Of a stretch of DNA of 64,000 nucleotides, positions 40,464 to 49,777 are shown piece after piece; within the stretch, counting starts at the first letter, position 1, and each line of letters starts with the position of its first letter. Where the stretch lies: assembly GCA_910577665.1 (NCBI GenBank), contig CAJTOJ010000007.1:60158-124157 (forward strand), written 5' to 3'. A model generated the notes under the pieces. It saw only the letters and a program-made list of their open reading frames with translations, made no database searches and was not told the origin of the DNA. This DNA is from an uncultured Acetatifactor sp. GTDB lineage: Bacteria > Bacillota > Clostridia > Lachnospirales > Lachnospiraceae. The position numbers and the translations under genes are program-made.

Positions 40464-41003
40464 TCAATGGATTTTCCATTCCCCTTTCAGTATCCCCATC
40501 CACACCATGTCCTGGTATTCCCCCCGGACATAGACGTCATCCCGCAGGATACCCTCCTGTTTAAAACCGGCCTTCTCATAGCATCGGATGGCCTGGCCAT
40601 TCTTCCGGTATGCCCTTAGGAACACTCTGTGTAGCCCTTCCTCCTCAAAGCAGTACCGCAGCATCAGCTTAGTGGCAGCGGTTCCCACGCCCCTGCCCCT
40701 GGAACTTCCTTCGCCAATAAAGATGCCGAATTCCGCCTTATGGTGCTGCCTGTCCACATCTCTGATATAGACACTGCCCAGGGCAGCATCTGTCTCCTGG
40801 TCGCAGATCATCATCTGGACTGCCCTTCCTGTCTCTATCTGGGTGCGGATCCATTCCCCATGCCCTTCCCGGGTGAAAGTCTCCTGGAAGACAAAGTTCT
40901 TCCGGACTTCCTCTGTATTGCGCCAGGCCACAATTATGTCCGTGTCCTCCTTTGTCATAAGCCGCAGGTAGATTCCCGCAGCGGGATCCCTGTATTTCTC
41001 CAT
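40464..41003 (-). CDS. GNAT N-acetyltransferase (RimJ/PseH-like)
   Basis: AWRN, AEFGIFIG...RGRGVGT, N..AIRCYEKAGF. Confidence 0.85.
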   Translation of the reverse strand: MEKYRDPAAGIYLRLMTKEDTDIIVAWRNTEEVRKNFVFQETFTREGHGEWIRTQIETGRAVQMMICDQETDAALGSVYIRDVDRQHHKAEFGIFIGEGSSRGRGVGTAATKLMLRYCFEEEGLHRVFLRAYRKNGQAIRCYEKAGFKQEGILRDDVYVRGEYQDMVWMGILKGEWKIH

Positions 41004-41085
41004 CTTCTCTCCCTTTCTTTCCCGGCTTTCCTCTGCTGCCTGGTTCTCTCTCCCCAGACAGCGGACCACAAGGCATATCTCCTCC

Positions 41086-42183
41086 TCACCGGAATGCATT
41101 GCACAGCTGGATCACCCTAGCAATCTCTTCCTCATACATCTCCGGAAACAGCGGCAGGGTCACACAGTGCTTTGCCAGAGCCTCTGCATTGGGACAGTCC
41201 CCCTCCCGGTAGCCCAGATCCCTGTAAGCCTTCTGTAAATGGCAGGGCACCGGATAATGCAGATTGCACTCTACCCCGGCATCTGCCATATATTGTACAA
41301 ACCGGTCCCGTTCCTCCAGCCATATCACAAAGAGGTGGAACACACTCTCTGTATGCTCCGGGTGGGCCTGCATGGTGATCAAGGGATTGGTGATCTCCCG
41401 CAGGTACCGTCTGCCGATCTCCTGGCGTCTTTTGGTCCACTGGGGCAGGTATCTTAAGCTGACACTTAAGACAGCCCCCTGGATTCCCTCCAGACGGTAA
41501 TTATACCCCACCTCATCGTGATAATAACGCACGTCACAGCCCTGGTTCTTCAACCGGGTCATATGCCTGAAATACGCTTCCGACCTACAGGTAACACTTC
41601 CACCCTCCCCAAAGGCATACAAGTTCTTGCCGGGGTAGAAACTAAAGCATCCCAGTTCCCCCAGGGATCCCACATTCCGGCCCTCATACCTGGCCCCATG
41701 GGCCTGGGCGCAGTCCTCCACCACAAACAGCCCATACCTGTCTGCCACCTTCTTCACACCTCCGAAATCAAATGGCTGCCCATAGAGATGGACACCCAGG
41801 ATCCCTTTTGTCCGGGGAGAAATCTTCTCCTCCAGGACTTCCGGATCCAGCTCCCAGGTATCGGCCCTACAGTCCGCAAACACCGGGACTGCCCCTGTAT
41901 ACGATACCCCCCAGGCTGTGGCAATGTAGGTGTTGGCCGGCACAATGACCTCGTCCCCCGGTCCTACCCCCAATGCCAGCATGGCCAGGTGTAAGGCGGA
42001 AGTGCCGTTGTTGACACCGCAGGCGTAAGGAACCCCCACGTACTGTGCAAACTCCATGTCAAACCGATCCGCGTATGTCCCGCCGGAATAAGCCGTGTCC
42101 CGGCATACCGCCTCCATGGCTTCCAGATATGCCTGCCTGTGGGCCGCAAAATCCCTGCCTATGTCAATCCTTCTGATCTGCAT
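41086..42183 (-). CDS. DegT/DnrJ-family sugar aminotransferase (FdtB/WbpE-like)
   Basis: NNGTSAL, VHLYGQP, EDCAQAHGA, FSFYPGKNL, HYPVPCHLQ. Confidence 0.9.
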   Translation of the reverse strand: MQIRRIDIGRDFAAHRQAYLEAMEAVCRDTAYSGGTYADRFDMEFAQYVGVPYACGVNNGTSALHLAMLALGVGPGDEVIVPANTYIATAWGVSYTGAVPVFADCRADTWELDPEVLEEKISPRTKGILGVHLYGQPFDFGGVKKVADRYGLFVVEDCAQAHGARYEGRNVGSLGELGCFSFYPGKNLYAFGEGGSVTCRSEAYFRHMTRLKNQGCDVRYYHDEVGYNYRLEGIQGAVLSVSLRYLPQWTKRRQEIGRRYLREITNPLITMQAHPEHTESVFHLFVIWLEERDRFVQYMADAGVECNLHYPVPCHLQKAYRDLGYREGDCPNAEALAKHCVTLPLFPEMYEEEIARVIQLCNAFR

Positions 42184-42958
42184 CCCGCATGTCCCCCTGT
42201 GTGCTCTTTCCTGCCCGCCCATTCCGGCCTGGCCTTTTCCGGTCCTGGTTCCCAAACTCCCTATACAGCCGGGCAATCTGCACCAGGTAATTCCAGATGG
42301 TCTTCCATACTTTTACCGTTGTGTTATAATCTTCCTGCCATTCCACCGGATAGTCCAGGATCTCCACCCCGCTTCGCTCGGCCCTGAGCAGGAATTCAAT
42401 CATATAGAACCAGCCGTTTTCCTGGCTGCAGGCCTCCACCAGGGAACGGGCTGTCCTGCTTCGTACAAAGGTAAATCCACAGATGGCATCCGTGGATTTC
42501 ATCTGTAGAAACATCTTCAGAAGCACCAGCAATCCTCTGGACGTAATCTTCCGGTACCATTTACGTCCCCTGGTACGGGATTGTCTGGCAAAACGGCTTC
42601 CGTTGATGTATTCCACATAGGGAATGGTCTCAAAGATGTGAATGGACTCTCCCAAATGTCTGATCTGAGTGGACAGATCTATGTCCATATACCCCACCAC
42701 ATCTCCATGGCTTAAGGCTACTCCCCTGCGGAAGGCAGCCCCCACCCCCCGGACACCGATCCGCTCATATGTTACCCTGGGATACCTGTCACACAGTTTC
42801 CGGGCAATCCAAGGAGTCTCATCCTCTGATCCATTGTCCACAATGAGGATCTCATACTCCTCAAAGCCAATGGAATCCAGGTAATCCACCGTGCGGGTAA
42901 CGCCACTCTCCAGCCGCAGCCTCTCATTCAAAACAGGGAAAATAATTGTAACCATCAT
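42164..42958 (-). CDS. GT2, dolichol/polyprenol-phosphate glycosyltransferase-like, no TM
   Basis: FPVLNE, VDNGS.D, YMDIDLST, GSR, DAICGF. Confidence 0.85.
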   Translation of the reverse strand: MMVTIIFPVLNERLRLESGVTRTVDYLDSIGFEEYEILIVDNGSEDETPWIARKLCDRYPRVTYERIGVRGVGAAFRRGVALSHGDVVGYMDIDLSTQIRHLGESIHIFETIPYVEYINGSRFARQSRTRGRKWYRKITSRGLLVLLKMFLQMKSTDAICGFTFVRSRTARSLVEACSQENGWFYMIEFLLRAERSGVEILDYPVEWQEDYNTTVKVWKTIWNYLVQIARLYREFGNQDRKRPGRNGRAGKSTQGDMRDADQKD

Positions 42959-43950
42959 TGCGTCAGCTTCTCCACCCCTTCTATCACATATCTCTGTCTT
43001 CTGAAAGATATGTTCAATATCACAGACAAATATTTGAAAATCAGTGTCAGTATCACAGACAACATAAAAAATCCAAAGGAAATCAATGTCATCAGAGACA
43101 TCCATCCCTCCACCGGGCGATCCGCACTGAAAATGGAATATACGATCCAGCCAAACATCATCAGCAGCACCCCGAACAGCACCAGACTCACCAGCATGGA
43201 AAATCTCTCCAGCACATTGGTGAAAATAATCAGGGTATCCACAGCCAGGATGCTTCTGCTGCCCCACTCCTCACTGCTTTTGCTCCTTTTTGTTGTATCC
43301 TTATTGTCATAGAGTATGGTATCTGTCTTCAGCCCGCAATTCCGGTAAAGAGCCTTCCGGTAGGGGACATAGGCATTCATCTGGTTCACCCGGTTCACTG
43401 CACGCCTGGAGATCACCCGGAAGCGCTCCTGTCTGAGTTTTGCCCTGCCCCTGCTGCCCCAGTTATATACCCTGTAGAAGAGCCGGGAGGAAAGAGGTAC
43501 CCCGTACCTGGGTGCTGCTGCCACCACATCTATCCCTTCCAGCGCCCTGCGGTACACTTCCAGGATCAGTTCCGGCGCAAAGTCCATATGGCAGCTGTCA
43601 AACTCAAAGAGAAAATCCCCCACCGCAAGGTCACACCCTGCATTCATGGCACTCTCCACACCCTGGTAGAAGCTTAAATGCACCATACTGACCACCGGCC
43701 TGTGTGAAGTCCGCTCCAGGAACGCTTTCACCTGTTCCACCGTATCATCTGTACAGCCATCGTTTACACACACAATCTCATATTTCTCAAAATGCTCCTG
43801 TAGCATCTGGCAAAGCTGCTCCAGGAATGCACCTGCAGTACTACCCTCATTGTGCAGGTACACCACGCAGGAGACAAAATTCTTCTCCCGGTTCTGTTCC
43901 CCTGCTTCCATCCTATCCCGCATCCCTGCACCCACTTCTTTCTTTCCCAT
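42955..43950 (-). CDS. Divergent GtrB-like GT2 with two C-terminal TMs
   Basis: VVYLHNE and VNDGCTD present; the DxD position reads FEFDSCHMD; two TMs. Confidence 0.75.
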   Translation of the reverse strand: MGKKEVGAGMRDRMEAGEQNREKNFVSCVVYLHNEGSTAGAFLEQLCQMLQEHFEKYEIVCVNDGCTDDTVEQVKAFLERTSHRPVVSMVHLSFYQGVESAMNAGCDLAVGDFLFEFDSCHMDFAPELILEVYRRALEGIDVVAAAPRYGVPLSSRLFYRVYNWGSRGRAKLRQERFRVISRRAVNRVNQMNAYVPYRKALYRNCGLKTDTILYDNKDTTKRSKSSEEWGSRSILAVDTLIIFTNVLERFSMLVSLVLFGVLLMMFGWIVYSIFSADRPVEGWMSLMTLISFGFFMLSVILTLIFKYLSVILNISFRRQRYVIEGVEKLTQ

Positions 43951-43994
43951 ATCAGTTCCGTTTTCCTTCTGTTTCTCCTATATTCCCCACACAG

Positions 43995-45146
43995 TCACCT
44001 GCCCCCCTCATCCAGTGCCTGGTCCAGATCATACACCGTGTTGATCTTGCCGGATAACACACTGACAAAGGTGGGGGCCTTGGACAGATACCGGATCACC
44101 GTGGGCCTGGAATCATCTACCTCAGAAGCCTTCAGGATCGGTTTCATGGAGAACAGGGACTTCTCATAGACAAAACTGTACGCATCCTGCATATACTTCC
44201 TGGCCAGTGCAGACATGTATTCCCAGGCACTGGCCGGCCTGGCCGGACAGTCATTGCAGTTCCCCAGCCAGCGGTCTGTACAGATTCCCTGGGAAGTGCA
44301 GGGGAACTGCGGTGTCACATCATAGCTGGTTCTGTGGGGGGTAAATGTCACGGAAGTCAGGGAATGGAATCCGGTCTTCCCAAAAGGCATAATGGAGAAA
44401 AAAGGACCATCCATCACCGTCAGACCAGTCTTATGCAGTGCCTCTCCCGCCTTACAGAGGATGATTTCGCACAGTTCATACTTGATACCGAATTCCTGGA
44501 TTTCCACCCCCCCTTCCACGCACTGTAGTACCTGGTTTACAGAGGCATAGGTGGCATTCAGCACAAATGGCGCTTCATGGCGCTCCTCTGCCCCATCCGC
44601 TTCCTGGCTGGAGGCATACACCTGGTAACAATCCCCCTGCCTTACTATGCGCCGGATCTGTCTGCCACAGAGGATCTCCACACCAGGATATCCCTCCAGC
44701 TCCTCCAGGAAATAGTCCCGCAGAATGTGGGCATCATACGTATATTCCCTGGTCAGGAAGGCCCCGTCACATACCCCTTCCTTAAAATAACGTCCCACTG
44801 GCAGCGGCTCACAGGGTATCCCCGCATCCGCACAGAACTTCTGGAATTCCGCCGCGTCTGTCCAGGAAAAATGCCTGGACGTGGCATATACCTGTTGGAA
44901 ATCCGACAGAATGCAGAATCCGTAATCCTCCACAAACCGCCGGAAATACCCGGCACTTTTCATGGCCGTGGACAGGGATCTGGGATAATGGTATCCCATA
45001 TGCACCCTGGCCTGGTTGATATAGGTGGCTCTGCCAAAAGGCTCCGGATCGATCTCCAGAACCGTTACCTGCTGCCCCTTCCTGGCACAGTATAAAGCGG
45101 CATACAGACCGTACAGCCCGGCGCCGATAATCAGTTTATCTACCAT
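43995..45146 (-). CDS. FAD-dependent oxidoreductase
   Basis: IIGAGLYG Rossmann motif, NQARVHMGYHYPRS, MDGPF, SGKI. Confidence 0.85.
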   Translation of the reverse strand: MVDKLIIGAGLYGLYAALYCARKGQQVTVLEIDPEPFGRATYINQARVHMGYHYPRSLSTAMKSAGYFRRFVEDYGFCILSDFQQVYATSRHFSWTDAAEFQKFCADAGIPCEPLPVGRYFKEGVCDGAFLTREYTYDAHILRDYFLEELEGYPGVEILCGRQIRRIVRQGDCYQVYASSQEADGAEERHEAPFVLNATYASVNQVLQCVEGGVEIQEFGIKYELCEIILCKAGEALHKTGLTVMDGPFFSIMPFGKTGFHSLTSVTFTPHRTSYDVTPQFPCTSQGICTDRWLGNCNDCPARPASAWEYMSALARKYMQDAYSFVYEKSLFSMKPILKASEVDDSRPTVIRYLSKAPTFVSVLSGKINTVYDLDQALDEGGR

Positions 45147-45197
45147 GGGTCATTCCCCTGCTTCCTGTTTTCCTGCAATCTGTTCTCCCTTTCCGGC

Positions 45198-46973
45198 CTA
45201 CTTACCATCACAGGCTCCTGCCTGCTGTTTTACCTTCCGATGCCCTGGCCTTCCACAACACCCTGACAATGCCAGAAAAGGAAATGCCGTCATGGCCGGA
45301 TAGATATAACGCATCTGCACAGCCGGTCCCAGAAGCAACGTGATAAAATACCCCAAAACCAGCAATAGAGGCAGACACCGTCCATACTCTCTCCGGATCA
45401 GATGCCATCCCAGAAGCAGCAGATACAGCCACAGCCAGACTCCTGGTACAAACAGATACTTCACCACCGGCAACTTCAAGTAAGCATTCCCATCTGCCCA
45501 TCGTTCCATCGCCTCAAACAGCCACGGCCACCGGGAATCCTTGTATATGCCCAGGCTGTTCAAAGCCCCCTCGTCCCAACGGGTCTGCACATATCCCCCT
45601 CCGGGACGCTCCTTGCTGACATTGATCCAGGCATGGCTCACATCCCCTGGGTACAGGTACCCGGCGTTCAGCGCTAAGAAAGCATTCACGAAATCCCCCG
45701 GATACTGGCAAAGCAGGCGCAGGTATGTGGCAATGAACTCCCTGGTCCGGTACCTGGCCACATACGTGTTGGTATTGCTCTTCACCGGATCTGCAAATTC
45801 GGGCCGGTATCCCTTATATCCTTCATTTAAGATGAAATCATTGACCAGTGCCTTTTCCTCCGCTCCCATGGTGCCATCATCTTCCTCCAGAACCCCCACC
45901 CCTCCATGGTAAAGCATGGTTCTGGCCAACTGCTGGATGGGCACGCTGAGCATCTCCCGCTTGTCCCCCTGGAGACCACCCACAGCCCGGAACAATATGG
46001 CAAGAAGCACACACCCTGCCAGGAAAGCCCCTGCAGCCCACGCCAGGCTATTAATCCAGAAACGTCTTCTCTCCTTCCCCAAGACCACTCCCGGAAGCAG
46101 GCACACCAGAAGTACCATCATCGCGTACTTTCCATTGTTCCTGAACAGAATCATCCCCACTGTGGACAGAAAAAATAAAATCCGCATCCCCAGGCCGCTT
46201 TCCGTCTCTTTCCTGCCCGCTATTTCCCACAGGGACAATACCTGTAGCAGGAAAAAACCTGTGAACACAGTGTCTTTTGTCATAGTGACACTCATATAGA
46301 GGTGAAAAGGATAGAACATGCAGACAAGCTGCACCACACACAGCCATACGCGCCCCAGCCCATGGGATACCAGTCTGAATACCCCGAAGGCAAATACAGC
46401 CGCCAGGAACAGCATCTGTACCAGCCCATAAATACCGATACCCGAATTCACATTCCCAAAGATCATCCTGCCCAGTGACATGGCCCCTTTGATGAGCAGC
46501 GTGTGCGCAATGGGGTGGTGGTCAATCCAGACCCCATCTACAATCTGTCCCGTCTGGACCGGGGCGTCATAGGCACAGATCGCCGGATAGTACGCCAGAT
46601 ATACCGGAAGCCATGCCAATACCATAAGCAGAAAAGAAACCAGGAGCATACTGCCTGCCGGATTCCTGTCCCCTCTGCCTTCCCGCGATACGTCTGGTCT
46701 CCCCCCGGAAAGCAGAGACTTCTCTCCCGTCAGGCATGCATTCCGTCTTTCCGCCAGGAAATAGAGCAGCCGGCACACACACACGCCAGGTGCCACACCT
46801 GCTGCCAGACTGGTTCCCAGTATACGGGCTGTGGTACCCACTGTCCACAGCAGGTTCCCATTCACCGCCAGTTCCCGGCCTGTAATCATGCTAAACAGGA
46901 ACAAAAATCCCAGACAGCCAAATATCGGATATGCTATTTTCCTGGAAAGCGTTTTATCACATTGTTTCTTCAT
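45198..46973 (-). CDS. DUF6020-like membrane protein, putative GT-C
   Basis: YYP....D...Q, DHHP..HT, TKDT.F, FRNNG, PIQQ.AR, Q.RY.YP. Confidence 0.7.
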   Translation of the reverse strand: MKKQCDKTLSRKIAYPIFGCLGFLFLFSMITGRELAVNGNLLWTVGTTARILGTSLAAGVAPGVCVCRLLYFLAERRNACLTGEKSLLSGGRPDVSREGRGDRNPAGSMLLVSFLLMVLAWLPVYLAYYPAICAYDAPVQTGQIVDGVWIDHHPIAHTLLIKGAMSLGRMIFGNVNSGIGIYGLVQMLFLAAVFAFGVFRLVSHGLGRVWLCVVQLVCMFYPFHLYMSVTMTKDTVFTGFFLLQVLSLWEIAGRKETESGLGMRILFFLSTVGMILFRNNGKYAMMVLLVCLLPGVVLGKERRRFWINSLAWAAGAFLAGCVLLAILFRAVGGLQGDKREMLSVPIQQLARTMLYHGGVGVLEEDDGTMGAEEKALVNDFILNEGYKGYRPEFADPVKSNTNTYVARYRTREFIATYLRLLCQYPGDFVNAFLALNAGYLYPGDVSHAWINVSKERPGGGYVQTRWDEGALNSLGIYKDSRWPWLFEAMERWADGNAYLKLPVVKYLFVPGVWLWLYLLLLGWHLIRREYGRCLPLLLVLGYFITLLLGPAVQMRYIYPAMTAFPFLALSGCCGRPGHRKVKQQAGACDGK

Positions 46974-47910
46974 CTGCCTGATCCCTTTTTCCGTCTTTGC
47001 CGACCTGGTTCAGCCTGTGCTCAAAGTCACGTCTGTCCTTGGCCGCCATGACTTCCAGGATCATCCCGGAAAAGAAAGACTGAATCCCTGCCAGCACCAT
47101 AAAACCACAGACAATCAGTGTAGGAAACCTGGGTACCAGACCGGTGTCCAGATACACCGCCACGATAGGAAGCATCATCGCAGCCGCCACCAGCACAAGA
47201 AGCAGACATATGATCCCAAAGAACTGCATTGGCTTGTAATTCCGGTAAAGCTGCAGCATCTTGCGGATCACCCGGAAGCCATCCCTGTACGTATTGAGTT
47301 TGGACACACTGCCCTCAGGCCTGTCCCTGTATTCCACCACCACATTTTCTACCTGCATATTATAGTTCACAGCATGGATGGTCATCTCTGTCTCTATCTC
47401 AAAGCCTTTGGAGAAGACCGGAAATGTCTTCACGAACTCATAGCTGAATGCCCTGTACCCTGTCATGATGTCCTTGATATCAGAATGGAACAGACTGTTG
47501 ATGCCTGCCCGCATCAGAGAGTTCCCAAAATTGTGAAAAGGCCGCTTATTCTCCGCAAAATACGTAGAAGAAAGCCTGTCCCCCACCACCATGTCCGCAT
47601 GATGGTGCAGCACCTTATCTGTCAGCTTTCTGGCACAGTCCAGAGGGTAGGTGTCATCCCCGTCAATCATCAGGTAACACTCCGCGTCAATCTCCCGGAA
47701 CATCCTGCGGATCACATTTCCTTTCCCCTGCTTGTACTCATAGCGGATCTCTGCCCCGGCCTCCCTGGCCAGTTCCACAGTCCGGTCCGTGGAATTGTTG
47801 TCATATACATAGACCACTGCCTCCGGCAGGGCCTGGTGTACATCCTTTACCACCTTTGCGATTGTCTGCTCCTCATTGTAGCAGGGAATCAACACTGCAA
47901 TTTTATCCAT
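46957..47910 (-). CDS. GT2 polyprenol-phosphate glycosyltransferase
   Basis: MDKIAVLIPCYNEE, QGKGNV, DGDDTYP, GFEIETE, two TMs. Confidence 0.9.
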   Translation of the reverse strand: MDKIAVLIPCYNEEQTIAKVVKDVHQALPEAVVYVYDNNSTDRTVELAREAGAEIRYEYKQGKGNVIRRMFREIDAECYLMIDGDDTYPLDCARKLTDKVLHHHADMVVGDRLSSTYFAENKRPFHNFGNSLMRAGINSLFHSDIKDIMTGYRAFSYEFVKTFPVFSKGFEIETEMTIHAVNYNMQVENVVVEYRDRPEGSVSKLNTYRDGFRVIRKMLQLYRNYKPMQFFGIICLLLVLVAAAMMLPIVAVYLDTGLVPRFPTLIVCGFMVLAGIQSFFSGMILEVMAAKDRRDFEHRLNQVGKDGKRDQADEETM

Positions 47911-47970
47911 CTCCTGTATCCTTTCCAGGTCAACTGTCCGCATGATATCAAAAAAGCCTTTTGTTCCAAC

Positions 47971-48029
47971 ATTATAGCACAGCTATAAAACATCAGCCAC
48001 TGTTTTTATATGATAATTTGTGTTATACT
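47971..48029. promoter_or_regulatory. Divergent promoter region with extended -10 boxes
   Basis: Minus strand TGCTATAAT (47971-47979); plus strand TGTTATACT (48021-48029). No convincing -35. Confidence 0.45.
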
Positions 48030-48127
48030 CTCTAGAAAGCATAACCATTCACAGCAACAGATGCGCACAAAACCTCATAAACAGGCCTTTTTTCGGCGCA
48101 AATGCACAGACAAAGGAGTCCCGTCAT

Positions 48128-49777
48128 ATGCATATGTTTATCCAGAAGCTATATACATTTTCCTGCCGTTTTATACAGTTTTTCAGCTTCGTGCTGGCTC
48201 TCCTGCTGTTTCTTGGCAGTTTCCTGGCCACATGCTACAGCACCGACATGGTCTCCCAGCAGGTTCTCACTCGCCTGGACAACCCTCTGTGGAATCTGGC
48301 CGGTACTGCCCTTCTGACCTGTATGGTTTTTCTGGCTGCCAGATCCTGTAAGGACAGACACAGAACGTTTTTTCTCACAGTCATCGTCCTTCTATGGGCC
48401 TGTGTCACAGGCGCCCTTTTGATCGTCTACGGCAAGACAGTCCCCGCAGCAGATGCCATGTCTGTATATGCGGCAGCCCAGGATCTGGCCGGAGGCAGCA
48501 CCGCTGTCATACACCCCACTGACTCCTACCTCTCCTACTACCCACAGCAGATGGGGCTGGTAGCCTTTTTCGAGGTGCTGATACGGTTCTGGAACCTGCT
48601 TTCCTTCCAGGCACCTGCCTACCATTTTATCAAATGTGTCTATGTGCTGCTGGCCTGTGTCATCCTTTTCTTCCAGAAAATGACCGTACGCCTGCTCTTT
48701 CAGGACAGCAAGGCCGAAAACATCTATCTGATCCTGGCGGCATGCAACCTGCCCTTTTTGATGTACACTTCCTTCGTATATGGGGAGATTCCCTCCTTCG
48801 CCGCCATTTCAGGAGGTTTCTATTTCCTGCTAAGGCTGCTGGCACGAAAAGGCCCCCGGCGGAATATCTGGCGCGATGCCACAGCCTCCCTGCTTCTTCT
48901 GGCCCTGGGCGTGATGCTCCGGAAGAATACCCTGATCCTGGTAATCGCCGTATTGATTGTAGTACTTCTGCAGGGAATGAAGGAAAAGAGATATGGTCTT
49001 TTTATTTATGCGCTGATTTGTGCATGGAGCTGTTTCTCCATACTGCCCCTGATCCAGAAGGGCTATGAGTGGAGGGCTGGTGCTTCTCTCAAAAGCGGTG
49101 TCCCTGCCATGTCCTATTTTGCAATGGGCATGCAGGAATCCTCCCGGGGCAATGGATGGTACAATGGCTATAACTTCAATACCTACCAGAACACCGGAAT
49201 GGATACAGAAGCAACAAATGCCCTAAGCCGGGAAGCCATCCGGGAACGCCTGTCCTATTTCCAGGCACACCCTGCTTACATGGGTGATTTCTACCTGCAC
49301 AAGCACCTGTCCCAGTGGGCAGACGGTACCTATGCATGCAGACAGGCCACCCTTGCCACCTTCGGCGGCAGGAGCAGCCTGTTCCAGTCCCTATACGAAG
49401 GCTCTCTGAGCCGTTCCTTCATTGAATATTGCAATCTGTTCCAGACACTTCTGTATCTGGGCACAGTATTGTTCTGTTGCAGACCATTCAGACATGCCTG
49501 GAAACATCCCAGGATACCCGGCCCGGACACCACCCCCGGCACTAAGTCCCGGGAAATGACAGTGCCTGTCCCTCCTGCCTCCCAGGCCTCCCTCCAGGGA
49601 CTTCCTCTGTACCTGGGGCTGATTGGTGTCATAGGCGGGTTCCTGTTCCACATCATATGGGAAGCCAATTCCCGCTATATCTTCCTCTATAGCCTGTTGC
49701 TGATGCCCTATTGCGCCAGAGGACTTTCCACCTTCCCGGATCTGCGCAGTTTCTTCTCCAGGCGCCCGGCTCAATAG
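48128..49777 (+). CDS. Polytopic membrane glycosyltransferase-like protein (GT-C)
   Basis: AAGGAG then ATG 48128; PAAD, YLSYYPQQ, YGEIP, AMGMQ, GWYNG, WEANSRY. Confidence 0.7.
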   Translation: MHMFIQKLYTFSCRFIQFFSFVLALLLFLGSFLATCYSTDMVSQQVLTRLDNPLWNLAGTALLTCMVFLAARSCKDRHRTFFLTVIVLLWACVTGALLIVYGKTVPAADAMSVYAAAQDLAGGSTAVIHPTDSYLSYYPQQMGLVAFFEVLIRFWNLLSFQAPAYHFIKCVYVLLACVILFFQKMTVRLLFQDSKAENIYLILAACNLPFLMYTSFVYGEIPSFAAISGGFYFLLRLLARKGPRRNIWRDATASLLLLALGVMLRKNTLILVIAVLIVVLLQGMKEKRYGLFIYALICAWSCFSILPLIQKGYEWRAGASLKSGVPAMSYFAMGMQESSRGNGWYNGYNFNTYQNTGMDTEATNALSREAIRERLSYFQAHPAYMGDFYLHKHLSQWADGTYACRQATLATFGGRSSLFQSLYEGSLSRSFIEYCNLFQTLLYLGTVLFCCRPFRHAWKHPRIPGPDTTPGTKSREMTVPVPPASQASLQGLPLYLGLIGVIGGFLFHIIWEANSRYIFLYSLLLMPYCARGLSTFPDLRSFFSRRPAQ

